Positions 10,101 through 18,983 are shown, counted from the first letter of the stretch. The stretch is DNA of 62,142 bases from Nitrospirae bacterium MYbin3 (GCA_002753335.1 PEAD01000017.1:1-62142), one strand, 5' to 3'. Numbers and translations: made by a program. The notes: generated by a model not told the origin, from the sequence alone.

Positions 10101-10928
10101 CGCGTCAGAATAGACCGCGGATTCGTGCAGCTCTTCCTGCTTTGCATGCCTCCCGAGCAGCTCTACAAAAAACCATCCCAAGACTATTATGCCTATAAGA
10201 ACGGCTGCCGGTATTGCTTTGTGCGTTTGTTTTATCTGAAATGCTTTATCATCCGGTTCAAAGAACCTCTCTGAGTGCATCCATATCGATATGCCGATTG
10301 CGGCAGTCAGAGCCGCTTTTACAGCTTGCAAAGGTATTCCGGATATCGAAAAGAAGAGGGTGGTGTTTATAAAGGATGCAGGCCAAAATGGTGCGTAATG
10401 GACAAAAACTCCGGCGAATAAAGTGTAAAGACCCAATGCTATTCTTGCGGAGCGAAGGCAGCGATTTAAGCCCGCCCGCTCTTTTTGGTAGGCGAACCAT
10501 AACGCCCGGCAGGAAAGTGCGCCTCCAGCAATCCCCAGTGTATATCGGCCCATCGCATCTATTCCTTCTAATCCGTACAATCCGCCTGACAAGGTGAAAA
10601 GGGCAATGGGTATATAAATCCAAACGCTGACCTGCTTTTCTGTCAAGGTTTGAATGCCGCGGCGTCCAAACTCTAAAAGACATACGGATGAGAAGAGAGA
10701 GAGGATTACATTATGGTCGTTAGAGTGTTTTAGATCATCAAATACAATATTTATAAGGTCTATCCATTCATGAATTCCGGAAAGGAATCCAAACATTGCA
10801 AGCCATATCCACGGTAATTGAAGCTGCTTCTTTTTTGACTGCACAAGGCAGGCTGCTCCGAGCAGTAGAAAAGAAAGCCCATAGATGAAGTAGATATAGT
10901 CCATTTGGGGAATGAAAATATTTTTCAT
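7137..10928 (-). CDS. Large membrane sensor histidine kinase with multi-TM N-terminus and about four PAS domains
   Basis: Hydrophobic N-terminus with FG..GIHEWID, repeated PAS/PAC ends (DIS, DIT, DVT), AHEINNP H-box, FFTTK..GTGLGL; overlaps the regulator start (ATGA). Confidence 0.92.
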   Translation of the reverse strand: MKNIFIPQMDYIYFIYGLSFLLLGAACLVQSKKKQLQLPWIWLAMFGFLSGIHEWIDLINIVFDDLKHSNDHNVILSLFSSVCLLEFGRRGIQTLTEKQVSVWIYIPIALFTLSGGLYGLEGIDAMGRYTLGIAGGALSCRALWFAYQKERAGLNRCLRSARIALGLYTLFAGVFVHYAPFWPASFINTTLFFSISGIPLQAVKAALTAAIGISIWMHSERFFEPDDKAFQIKQTHKAIPAAVLIGIIVLGWFFVELLGRHAKQEELHESAVYSDAIVSHLQKFPDNVVRSNKFITDFLSESNNHHPESFLVDGKGLIFLSSKPEFVSSNLWPDNDKHKTALLPYEPQTGDEVNYQGRHLLVTRRFLKDSDWSMVLFDSTMLIREYRLFAIAAIALFFGFALAFFAVMQLMKESSANIASSERRYRSLVDGSPNFIALIDADGRCVTLNEAFLSLSGCSMNNLSGKLLSDICLIENNDEDLSSLIEKGLKGERCYFESTLIGCDEKKYICSSTISPIYDTDAKIRSLVCIFVDTTAKKKAEKTLEEYHHNLEGLIKERTSELEDSNRLLQAEIVERIRIEKALRISEERFYSLFNLASDAILLMDADTQGKAPAIVDANVAACIMHGYTLEELIGKPISFLNAPESYEKSREISMQLQKNQDKVVTFEIDHIRKDGSVFPLEVSAKIITLDGKKYILGIDRDISMRKSVEEALRRSQLRFRAVFDNAPIGISIVNTDRRFVEANPAFQKMIGYDINELLGLSVPDISNPDDDRLNLLYYQELMAGRLPHFSMEKRFIKKDGTVLLSNIVITTIRDNDQKPVLIFGIIEDITEKKKAENELRKYHERLEDIIAQRTSELLKINKSMQAEIAERKEIEQTLKESEAKLSMLYNEFNIILNSTPDSIVLMSLDKKVLWANKSTENYIDLSSGSPEGRFCYELVHKTDCPIDECHANKVFETGAPVDFQARNYQGKMLDIRIVPIKDDSGKLVKMLHIARDVTEKNRLHEAAHLASLGEMASAVAHEINNPNNVIMFNSSILRDTWSDAAKILDEYAREHGNFSAGGLPSDTISEIVKNLISAIAKSSVRIKNIVADMRRLSLQDRQLFFEDYDLNSVVENAVSLLNIRIQKLTKRFSFSAAVNLPLLKGNPAQIEQVVINLILNALQALADTDKAVKVSTRYDDSSESAVLEVSDEGYGIDEEDLKHIMKPFFTTKHEGTGLGLSLASKILSTHNGNIEFSSELGKGTVVRVTLPVHTPTGKEVQK

Positions 10929-11001
10929 ATTTTATCAGGCATAACAGTATCCTGTATTTTATCAGAACTTTGGGAGTGTTCGTGGAGTTTTGTTTTTGCG
11001 C

Positions 11002-11031
11002 TTGACCGTATGCGGCTTTGTCGGATAGAGT
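11002..11031 (+). promoter_or_regulatory. Sigma-70 promoter of panC, probably leaderless
   Basis: TTGACC, 18 nt, TAGAGT, 6 nt, ATG; no Shine-Dalgarno. Confidence 0.55.
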
Positions 11032-11037
11032 ATCGGC

Positions 11038-11880
11038 ATGGAAACTATCAGGATGCTGCGCTTGATGCGGGAGACATCGAGGAGACATACGGCGAAGGAT
11101 AAAAGCATAGGTTTTGTGCCGACCATGGGAGCGCTGCATGACGGCCATCTCAGCCTTATCCGCAGGGCAAAAGACGAAAATGATATTGTTGCAGCGAGCG
11201 TTTTTGTTAACCCGATACAGTTCGGCGCTGACGAGGATTTTGACAGGTATCCGAGAGACATAGAAGGCGACAGGGAGAAACTCGAAAAGAGCGGAGCTGA
11301 TGTGCTTTTTATTCCTGAGGCTAAAATGATTTATACGGATGGTTTTTCTACGCATGTGCATGTTGACGCTTTGTCAGATAAGTTGTGCGGTGCATTCAGG
11401 CCGGGCCATTTTGATGGTGTTGCTACGGTTGTTTGTAAACTCTTCAACATTGTAAGGCCAACGAGGGCCTATTTCGGGCAAAAGGATTTTCAGCAGACCG
11501 TTGTTATAAGACGCATAACAGAAGACCTAAATATTGGTGTCGATATTGTTGTCTGCCCCACCGTCAGGGAATATGACGGGCTTGCTATGAGCTCGAGGAA
11601 CGCGTATCTCAGCCCTGAGGAGAGAAAGTCTGCCGGAGCGATATACAGGGCCTTGCAGGCGGCGGCAGCGATTTTGAAATCCGGTTCGGGGACCGTTTCT
11701 GAATCGGTTTCTGCTATGAAGTCGGTTTTGAGTGCTGAGCCGCTTATTTCTGAGATTCAGTATTCCGGTATCTATGATCCGTTAACATTGGCTGAAGCTG
11801 TTGATGCAGGAAAAGAAAAACTGATTGCGGCTGCGGTGAAGATTGGACGTACGAGGTTGATAGACAACATTCTTGTCTGA
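11038..11880 (+). CDS. panC: Pantoate-beta-alanine ligase
   Basis: GFVPTMGALHDGH, FVNPIQF, RPGHFDGV, FGQKDFQQ, GLAMSSRN, RLIDN. Confidence 0.98.
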   Translation: METIRMLRLMRETSRRHTAKDKSIGFVPTMGALHDGHLSLIRRAKDENDIVAASVFVNPIQFGADEDFDRYPRDIEGDREKLEKSGADVLFIPEAKMIYTDGFSTHVHVDALSDKLCGAFRPGHFDGVATVVCKLFNIVRPTRAYFGQKDFQQTVVIRRITEDLNIGVDIVVCPTVREYDGLAMSSRNAYLSPEERKSAGAIYRALQAAAAILKSGSGTVSESVSAMKSVLSAEPLISEIQYSGIYDPLTLAEAVDAGKEKLIAAAVKIGRTRLIDNILV

Positions 11881-11925
11881 CGGTTTAGTAAAAAGCCCGT
11901 ATGCTGCGTTGCGCTTTTCCCCTTT

Positions 11926-12465
11926 TTACCGTACCGCTCCCCTCGATTGAGTTTCTAAAATCTTATGGCAGTTTGTACATCTTTTTCTTTTTACATGAGG
12001 AGATTTTGCGCCCCATGGTATCGGAGGTGCTTGTGCAATATTATTGGGAATCATTGCCTGCGGCTGCAACTCTGAAAGAGGTTCAGTAGCCTGAGGCTGT
12101 GCAATAGCTGTCTGTCCAAAGTTCCGGGTATCATACGGCCCGGGTGATACCTTGCCAGCAATGTTTGTGTAGGGGTGAGTGGAGTCAGAAAAGTTTTGCA
12201 TGGCCTCGCCCAGATGATGGCAAAAATTGCAGCTGTAGTCTCCGGCTGTGAACTGGGCAGCTCCAACAGGACATATGCGGTCAAGAGGCTTTGTCGGCCA
12301 TAGTCCTGCTACAAGTTGAGGGTATTGGGCATTACGGGCAACATTTCTTTCAACCGCATCTTTATCAATCTTGCCGGTGCGGTCTTTTTTTACCGAGAGC
12401 ACTCCATAAACGACAAGCATTGCGATAATAGCCATTAAAATATAGTTGAAAATTTTGTGAAGCAT
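11926..12465 (-). CDS. Membrane-anchored diheme c-type cytochrome with a C-terminal magnetochrome-like motif
   Basis: N-terminal TM helix; CNFCH; APPIPWGAKSPHVKRKRCTNCHKI fits I-x6-PH-x5-CxxCH-x-I. Confidence 0.78.
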   Translation of the reverse strand: MLHKIFNYILMAIIAMLVVYGVLSVKKDRTGKIDKDAVERNVARNAQYPQLVAGLWPTKPLDRICPVGAAQFTAGDYSCNFCHHLGEAMQNFSDSTHPYTNIAGKVSPGPYDTRNFGQTAIAQPQATEPLSELQPQAMIPNNIAQAPPIPWGAKSPHVKRKRCTNCHKILETQSRGAVR

Positions 12466-12526
12466 TTTAGCGTTTACACTCCATGGGATATTCTACCATG
12501 ATGTCAAGCAATTGAACTGAGGCCAC

Positions 12527-13465
12527 TTATTTCCCGGTTTGTTGTTTTTTTTTCTTTGCCTTTTTGTCAGCATACATTCTCTTGTCAGCCTCTTTTAGTA
12601 CGGATTGGTAATCAGTCTTTTTATCGCAGGTTGCATGCCCGATGCTGAATGATAAAGAGTAGCTGACATTCTCAGAATTCTCTTTGTTCCATTTGTCGGT
12701 AGCCTTTAAAAGCCTCTCAACCATCTTTGCGGTCTTATCTTTGCCGGCATTTAGAATAACAAGGAATTCATCGCCGCCTAAACGGAATACAATGTCTGCC
12801 TTGCGAACAGTATTTTTGATTAGTTTTGCTGCCGTAATTATATACTGGTCGCCTATGAAATGCCCTAAGCTGTCGTTGACTTTTTTCATGTTGTCCAGGT
12901 CTATGACAATAAAAGAGAGCTGCTCTTCTTTACGCTCAGCGCTTGCAATCTCTCTTTCGATAATTTCATTGAAGAAATGTCTGTTATAAAGATCCGTTAA
13001 CTGGTCTTTCATCGCAAGTTCACGGAGTTTTATGGCTCTGTCCTGCAGATGGTAAATCAGAATGTCGATGTTCTTGAAAAGTTCGGTGGTTGGCTCCTTG
13101 TGATACATGGTAAATACATCACATTCGGAGCATGATGCATATTTTTTTGCGAACTCGCCCTGAACCTCTCCACGACACATAGTCCCGGCCTGAAGCCAGC
13201 AGCGATAATCATCGCTGTTATAGACAGGGCAGTCTTTTTTTGAGCATTTCTTGATCTCAAAACACCTGACTGTGTGCAGTTCATTGTGCAGGCTGCTCCA
13301 TTGTTTAACTTCCGAGGAAATCTCTATAGAGTGCTTGATAAATTTTTCTAGGTCGCTATTCATGCGGTGAAGAAAATCTTCACTCTCTATAGCCTCTTTT
13401 TTATAATCAGCTCCTTTCTTCACAATCCCCCCTATTTTTGGATATAGAAGATATTCTGTTTGCAT
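12527..13465 (-). CDS. Diguanylate cyclase with N-terminal Cys-rich (two-CW-like) domain
   Basis: RKADxxxxxGGDEF (active site and I-site intact); CFEIKKC..CPVY..CW..AGTMC..CSEC. Confidence 0.9.
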   Translation of the reverse strand: MQTEYLLYPKIGGIVKKGADYKKEAIESEDFLHRMNSDLEKFIKHSIEISSEVKQWSSLHNELHTVRCFEIKKCSKKDCPVYNSDDYRCWLQAGTMCRGEVQGEFAKKYASCSECDVFTMYHKEPTTELFKNIDILIYHLQDRAIKLRELAMKDQLTDLYNRHFFNEIIEREIASAERKEEQLSFIVIDLDNMKKVNDSLGHFIGDQYIITAAKLIKNTVRKADIVFRLGGDEFLVILNAGKDKTAKMVERLLKATDKWNKENSENVSYSLSFSIGHATCDKKTDYQSVLKEADKRMYADKKAKKKKQQTGK

Positions 13466-13573
13466 GCAGCATTATTGTCAATTTTAAATTATATAACAGG
13501 TCTTGATTTCAGAAATTTTTCAAGCTTGCTGTTTTTAAATATGCCTCTATTTTCCTCGAACCCGGAAGTCAGC

Positions 13574-13855
13574 TCAGTATTTTCTAAAAAACATATTCCA
13601 GACAATGAAGTAGATTATCGGTGAAACAGAAACAAATGCATTCAAAAGAAATAACCTTCCTTTGATACCGCGAAATCTTTCCTTCAGACTTAATGCTAAA
13701 TTTAAAATGGACCATGCCAAGCCAAGTGTCATTACCAGATACATCTGTGGCGCATAGCCAAAAGGGCTCTCCGAGTATGTGTTGGCAAATACAATAACAA
13801 GTATTGGAACAAAGACTGCAACAACAAGACTTATTAGGGCAAAGATGTTCGTCAT
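13574..13855 (-). CDS. Small hypothetical membrane protein (3 TM)
   Basis: 93-aa hydrophobic ORF, start overlapping the ywbE-family stop (ATGA). Confidence 0.6.
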   Translation of the reverse strand: MTNIFALISLVVAVFVPILVIVFANTYSESPFGYAPQMYLVMTLGLAWSILNLALSLKERFRGIKGRLFLLNAFVSVSPIIYFIVWNMFFRKY

Positions 13856-14046
13856 GGTGTAATTTTCTTCACCCGACCCACCGAACCGTCTGTCAGGCGA
13901 ACTTTTATACCGTGAGGATGCACAGCTGAGTTTGTCAGGATGTCTTTTACTATCCCTTCCGTAAGTTTACCGGTTTGCTGGTCTTTTTTTAATACAATAG
14001 AGACAAGCAGTCCAGCTTTGATATCAATACGCCTAGTGCCTGTCAT
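13852..14046 (-). CDS. YwbE (DUF2196) family protein
   Basis: IVLKKDQQTGKLTEGIVKDILTNS..HPHGIKVRL.DG.VGRV. Confidence 0.9.
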   Translation of the reverse strand: MTGTRRIDIKAGLLVSIVLKKDQQTGKLTEGIVKDILTNSAVHPHGIKVRLTDGSVGRVKKITP

Positions 14047-14053
14047 TAAGTCA

Positions 14054-15784
14054 CTATCCTATACTCACCTTTTTCTGCTGTTCGAACATAGTGATGATTT
14101 CGGACACGGTGTTTGCATCCACAGCTTTTTTATCCGTTCTTATAAAGCCTGTTGACCTCGGAAACCTAAGCGCATAGCCGATGCCGTCTTTATCTCTTCC
14201 GGCCGTATGCATTGGAGAACGGGTAAGTTCATCTGCCGTTACTGTTATTACATATTGTGGCTCAACCCAAACATCGGCTTTCATATCAGAGTCCACATTC
14301 TTGTGTTTATGCTTCAAGGCTATTTTGTCGAGCAAAGACTTTAATTCAATGAGCTCTTCGTCGCTGAAGCCCGAGCCTATTTTGCTGATTGTCTTGAAGG
14401 TTTCGCTTTTATTGTCATAGACCGCCCCTAAAATCCCGCCTATGCCGAACTTTGTCCTTGCTCCGCGTCCCACGAAATATCCTACAATGCAGACATCAAC
14501 AGTATCGGACAGTTCGCCCTTGTAGCTGCGCTTCAGTTTTATCCAGTTGAAGTTTCTGGCTCCAGCGGAATAGGGCGCATCAAGTCTTTTTGCAACAGCC
14601 CCTTCTAGTCCTCGCGCTATTGTATTGTCAAAAAACCTGTAGATGTCTGCCGGGTTTTCGGTTATCACCATTTCTGAAGGCTCAATAATGCTGTTTTCGG
14701 CAATAATAGCTTCGAGCTTGGCGCGCCTTTCGGCAAAGGGTCTGCCGGTGTAGTCTTCATCGTCAAGGAATAGCAGGTCGAACGCGAAGAATTTCAGCGG
14801 CAGCTCTTTCGATAGATCCTCAATTCCATGCTTTCTTTTCCTCTGAATCGTCACCTGAAAAGGCAGAAGCTCGCCGCTCTCTTCATTATATGCGAGGGCT
14901 TCCCCTTCTATGATCATTTTTTTTGCACAGACATATTTTATGATTGCGGCCGCTATTTCAGGGAACATATGTGTTGTCTTTTCGAGATTGCGCGAAAACA
15001 TATCGATTTTGTCGCCGTCTTTGTGGCACTGCACTCTAAAGCCGTCGTATTTGGCCTCTATTGCGGCCCTGCCCATTTTTTCGATGATATCTTCGGGCGA
15101 GGGCAGCCTTTCGCATAAGGCCATTCTTATTGGGTAGCCCACATTCACACGCATTTTTGCTATGCCTTCGATTCCTTGTTCGAGAAGTGTCCGGGCAACT
15201 AGCCCCAAGTCGCAGCAGATATTGTAAGCCCGCTCTAAAACCGGCCTGAGTTCCCGATCTCCGTGAGCGAGGGAGAGGGACTCAAGAAAGGTCGGGTCTC
15301 CGATGCCGAGCCTGAGCTTTCCGATAACCAGCCGCGCAATATATTTTGCTTCTCTTGACGACACACCCTTAAACAGGTTTGCAAGCATGCTGATTTTTCT
15401 CTCGACGCTTTTGGAACCACCTGTCATTGCTATATCAGTGAGTTCTTCATAAACCTGTCGGACGGTAAGTTCGTATCCTTTTCTTCCGTGCATCAGTTTT
15501 TCTGATACGAGTCCCATGTCACCGGTTTCTTTATAAGCCTGCTGGACTCTTTTTAGCGATTCATTAGAGGCTTCTGATATCGCTCGTTCTATAAGCTTTT
15601 CTGATATGCCTGTTTCTAGTCCGTGGAATGGGGGAAGGAGCTGCCCTTGGCTCAAATAGATTATCTTGTCGATATCTTCCGAAGAAGCTGACTTGAACAG
15701 TTCGGCAAGTATATCGAACATCTCAAGCCGTTTTGAAGTGGCCTCAAGCCGTTCAAAATATTCTGTCAGTGTCAGGAATTTCAT
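14054..15784 (-). CDS. ATP-dependent DNA ligase, archaeal/LigB-type with N-terminal DNA-binding domain
   Basis: KYDGFR adenylation motif, EGE, FDLL, EGAVAK, WIKLK, LRFPR; start moved to ATG 15784 (MKFLTL). Confidence 0.93.
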   Translation of the reverse strand: MKFLTLTEYFERLEATSKRLEMFDILAELFKSASSEDIDKIIYLSQGQLLPPFHGLETGISEKLIERAISEASNESLKRVQQAYKETGDMGLVSEKLMHGRKGYELTVRQVYEELTDIAMTGGSKSVERKISMLANLFKGVSSREAKYIARLVIGKLRLGIGDPTFLESLSLAHGDRELRPVLERAYNICCDLGLVARTLLEQGIEGIAKMRVNVGYPIRMALCERLPSPEDIIEKMGRAAIEAKYDGFRVQCHKDGDKIDMFSRNLEKTTHMFPEIAAAIIKYVCAKKMIIEGEALAYNEESGELLPFQVTIQRKRKHGIEDLSKELPLKFFAFDLLFLDDEDYTGRPFAERRAKLEAIIAENSIIEPSEMVITENPADIYRFFDNTIARGLEGAVAKRLDAPYSAGARNFNWIKLKRSYKGELSDTVDVCIVGYFVGRGARTKFGIGGILGAVYDNKSETFKTISKIGSGFSDEELIELKSLLDKIALKHKHKNVDSDMKADVWVEPQYVITVTADELTRSPMHTAGRDKDGIGYALRFPRSTGFIRTDKKAVDANTVSEIITMFEQQKKVSIG

Positions 15785-15828
15785 AGCTTTATTGTGGAAC
15801 GCTGATGCGCTTTTAGCGTGCTTTATTT

Positions 15829-17058
15829 TCAACCGTTGATAGAGGTTTTGACGAGCTTTGGTATTACTACGATGCCCTTGGGGCTTATATGAAACATTTT
15901 TTTATCGTCTTCAGGGTTAAATCCTATGACGGTGTCTGGCGGAATGTAAACATCTTTATCTATTATAGCCCTTCTGATTTTTGCTCGTCTTCCTATCTCG
16001 ACATTTTCGAGTAGCACCGATTCTTCAACCTGCGCCCAGCTGTTCACCCTCACATTTGGAGAAAGCACCGAGTTTTTGACTCTGCCGCCGCTGATCACGC
16101 AGCCGTCGCATACGATAGAGTCGAGCGCGGTGCCCACTCTTCCTCCGTCGCTCTCCTGCGCAAATACGAATTTTGCGGGAGGGTGCTGGTAGGCGCGGGT
16201 TCGAATTGGCCATTTCTGATCATATAGGTTTAGATGAGGTTCAACCGCTATCAGCTCCATATTGGCTTCCCAGTAAGCGTCGATGGTGCCGACGTCTCTC
16301 CAGTATTTCGCCTCTTTTTTGTTTTCGTCCCTGAAATTGTGCGCAAATACCCTGCCTGTCTTTATCATATCAGGGATGATATCTTTGCCGAAGTCGTGTG
16401 CGGTCTGTTTTGATGCATCCATTTTCAGTTCCTGAATTATGCTTTCGGTGTTGAAAAGATACACGCCCATAGACACCAGGCAGTAATCAGGTTTGCCAGG
16501 TATGGTTTTGGGGTCATCCGGTTTTTCTTCAAAGCCTATGATTCTCCAGTCTTCGTCAACCTGCATAACTCCAAAGGCTTTCGCCTCCTCTTTTGAGACC
16601 TCTATGGCGGCAACTGTTGCCACAGCATTCTTAGAACGGTGGAAAGTGTACATTTCTGAGTAGTCCATCTTGTAAATGTGGTCTCCAGACAGAATGAGCA
16701 GGCAGGGCGGGGCTTCACGTTCGATGAAATAGATGTTTTGATATACGGCGTCGGCGGTGCCTGAATACCACCGCTCGTCAACTCTCTGCTGCGGGGGCAC
16801 GTTTATGATTATTTCCCCAAGTTCCGGAGAGAATAGATGCTCCCATCCGAGCGAAAGGTGTCTGTCTAGCGAAAGAGATTTGTATTGTGTGAATACCGCT
16901 ATCTTTCTGATGTTTGAGTTGATGCAGTTGCTGAGTGTGAAGTCTATTATTCTGTATTTGCCGCCGAACGGCACTGCAGGCTTTGCTCTGTGCAGTGTAA
17001 GTGGATGGAGGCGTTCGCCCTTTCCACCCGCAAGAACTATTGCCAGAACATTTTTCAT
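15829..17058 (-). CDS. glgC: Glucose-1-phosphate adenylyltransferase
   Basis: LAGGKGERL, RAKPAVPFGG, GTADA, FEEKP, SMGVY, DFGKDIIP, YWRDVGT. Confidence 0.97.
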   Translation of the reverse strand: MKNVLAIVLAGGKGERLHPLTLHRAKPAVPFGGKYRIIDFTLSNCINSNIRKIAVFTQYKSLSLDRHLSLGWEHLFSPELGEIIINVPPQQRVDERWYSGTADAVYQNIYFIEREAPPCLLILSGDHIYKMDYSEMYTFHRSKNAVATVAAIEVSKEEAKAFGVMQVDEDWRIIGFEEKPDDPKTIPGKPDYCLVSMGVYLFNTESIIQELKMDASKQTAHDFGKDIIPDMIKTGRVFAHNFRDENKKEAKYWRDVGTIDAYWEANMELIAVEPHLNLYDQKWPIRTRAYQHPPAKFVFAQESDGGRVGTALDSIVCDGCVISGGRVKNSVLSPNVRVNSWAQVEESVLLENVEIGRRAKIRRAIIDKDVYIPPDTVIGFNPEDDKKMFHISPKGIVVIPKLVKTSING

Positions 17059-17071
17059 CGAAGTTAAGCTG

Positions 17072-17443
17072 TTATCCTACGCCGAGCTCTTTTTTCAGCC
17101 GGTCTTTTATTTTTGTGTTGATAGGGTACATGCCGAAGCATCCTTTTCCCTTGCTTTCTTCCAGCGCCTCTGACAGGAGTTCGTCAGGCATATCATTTAT
17201 CTGCGCCAGCGTTTCGGCAAATCCTGCTTCGGTGTGGCGCATAAGGGAGAGCACAGGTTTGTCACCCATGGTGTCGATATAAAATATGTAGCCTTTCAGC
17301 GGCTCTTTTTTTATAAAGCCGTCGCAGGACGGGACGATTGAAGGCTCTGTCAGCTCTTTCGGTCCTGCATCCCATTTGATATGTTCTATTATGAAAGGCT
17401 CTTTTTTTATGTCTTCGAGTGTAAGTGGCTCTTCAGAAATCAT
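17072..17443 (-). CDS. DVU0772-like conserved protein
   Basis: I.WD..P, GY.FYID....PVL.LMRH and GMYPI pattern recalled for this family. Confidence 0.65.
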   Translation of the reverse strand: MISEEPLTLEDIKKEPFIIEHIKWDAGPKELTEPSIVPSCDGFIKKEPLKGYIFYIDTMGDKPVLSLMRHTEAGFAETLAQINDMPDELLSEALEESKGKGCFGMYPINTKIKDRLKKELGVG

Positions 17444-17464
17444 TTTGCAACCTCCGCGTGTCGG

Positions 17465-17794
17465 TTAAAACTGCATTGCCTCCGGTCTTCTTTCGGGCAC
17501 GTCCGCTTTTTTTAGTGTAATGCTGTTCCAGTCTGCCGAAACATACAGGCTGCAGTAGCAGGTCCCGTATTCTTTTATGTCATCGCTGCGGTAGGTGCAT
17601 GGACAAATTATATCCGCATCTTTTTCTTTTGTTCCTGAAGCGAGCCTGCAGGGGCATGAACGGTATCCGTAGCGGGTCTCATTTTCTAAAAGCCCGGCGA
17701 TTATTCCTATTACATGGTCTTTATCAATATTCAGCTCAAGGCCCTGCGAGGCTGCGTATTTTGAAAGCACCGGATAAAGCTGATCGGGCGTCAT
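17465..17794 (-). CDS. Ferredoxin:thioredoxin reductase catalytic subunit-like protein
   Basis: CPCR...CPC...CYC motifs and PERR tail. Confidence 0.9.
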   Translation of the reverse strand: MTPDQLYPVLSKYAASQGLELNIDKDHVIGIIAGLLENETRYGYRSCPCRLASGTKEKDADIICPCTYRSDDIKEYGTCYCSLYVSADWNSITLKKADVPERRPEAMQF

Positions 17795-17810
17795 ACGTTT
17801 TAAGGGCAGG

Positions 17811-18164
17811 CTAAGCGTGGCCTATCAGACCGTTGGTGTCCATCTTGCGAAATTCCTGAGCTGCAGATTCTCCAACATCCTCGATCATTTCGTTTATGGT
17901 TATTCCCAATGTCTTGAGCGATACCTTTAACTTGTCGGCAACATCCGGCAGCGGGATGCCTTTTGAGTAGTGAAGGTCTGCAATAAGTATCTTTAGCGCG
18001 TCGCTTACTATGAAGGCTTTTAGCGATATATCCTCAACCTCCAGAGTTTTGCAGGCCTCATTGAAACTCAGGCCGTTGCCGACAGCGTCTCTAACCTTTG
18101 CTATAGACTCATCGTATATCAGATCTTCTTCAGGCGAATAGGTTTTGTATTTAAAGTCTGGCAT
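17811..18164 (-). CDS. Conserved hypothetical protein (possible C-terminal HTH)
   Basis: 117-aa ORF with AAGGAG RBS, first gene of the minus-strand run. Confidence 0.7.
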   Translation of the reverse strand: MPDFKYKTYSPEEDLIYDESIAKVRDAVGNGLSFNEACKTLEVEDISLKAFIVSDALKILIADLHYSKGIPLPDVADKLKVSLKTLGITINEMIEDVGESAAQEFRKMDTNGLIGHA

Positions 18165-18275
18165 TTTTGCTCCTTTCGATATTAACTTTTTAAATTTAAC
18201 ACATAATGTCCGATTTTGGCTATTTTACGAGCCGATCAAGATTATGTGCTATTATGAAAATATGGGTGTTAATAC

Positions 18276-18983
18276 ATGAAGTCCGCTACTGCGAATCATT
18301 TCAAAATTCTTATTGTTGAGGACGAGGAGAAGATATCCGATATTGTGCGGCTTTACCTCGAAAGAGAGGGGTATGCTGTAAAGCTTGCGGGGGATGGAGC
18401 GGCGGCGCTGAAGTTTCTAAAGGATAAATATGACCTTGTAATACTCGACCTTATGCTGCCAGACATGGACGGCGAAGCTGTATGCGCAGCAATACGTGAG
18501 TTTTCGGATATTCCGATAATCATGCTTACCGCGAAGAGCAGCGAGGATGACCGTGTTGCAGGCCTCGGTCTTGGCGCTGACGATTATGTGGTAAAGCCGT
18601 TCAGTCCACGCGAGCTTGTTGCACGGGTCAAGGCTCAGCTGCGGCGCAGCAGTCCTTCGGTAAAAAAGACAATGTCATTCAACAAGGGCATGCTTGTCAT
18701 AAATACAGCCACTATGGAAATCACTAAAAACAGAAAGATTATTCTTCTTACCTCTACCGAATTCAGAATTCTTCTTCATATGGCAGAGAGGCCCCAGATG
18801 GTGTTCAGCCGCGCTCAGCTTGTTAATTTGGTACAGGGCTATGATTTTGAGGGTTATGACAGGGTCATAGATGCCCATATCAAAAATATCAGGCAGAAGA
18901 TAGAGGATGACTCTCACAAGCCATTGTTCGTAAAGACGGTGCACGGAGCCGGCTATAAATTCATAGGGAGTCTTGACGCGTGA
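18276..18983 (+). CDS. OmpR/PhoB-family response regulator (BaeR-like)
   Basis: VEDE, LDLMLP, GADDYVVKPF, winged helix RVIDAHIKNIR..TVHGAGY. Confidence 0.95.
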   Translation: MKSATANHFKILIVEDEEKISDIVRLYLEREGYAVKLAGDGAAALKFLKDKYDLVILDLMLPDMDGEAVCAAIREFSDIPIIMLTAKSSEDDRVAGLGLGADDYVVKPFSPRELVARVKAQLRRSSPSVKKTMSFNKGMLVINTATMEITKNRKIILLTSTEFRILLHMAERPQMVFSRAQLVNLVQGYDFEGYDRVIDAHIKNIRQKIEDDSHKPLFVKTVHGAGYKFIGSLDA

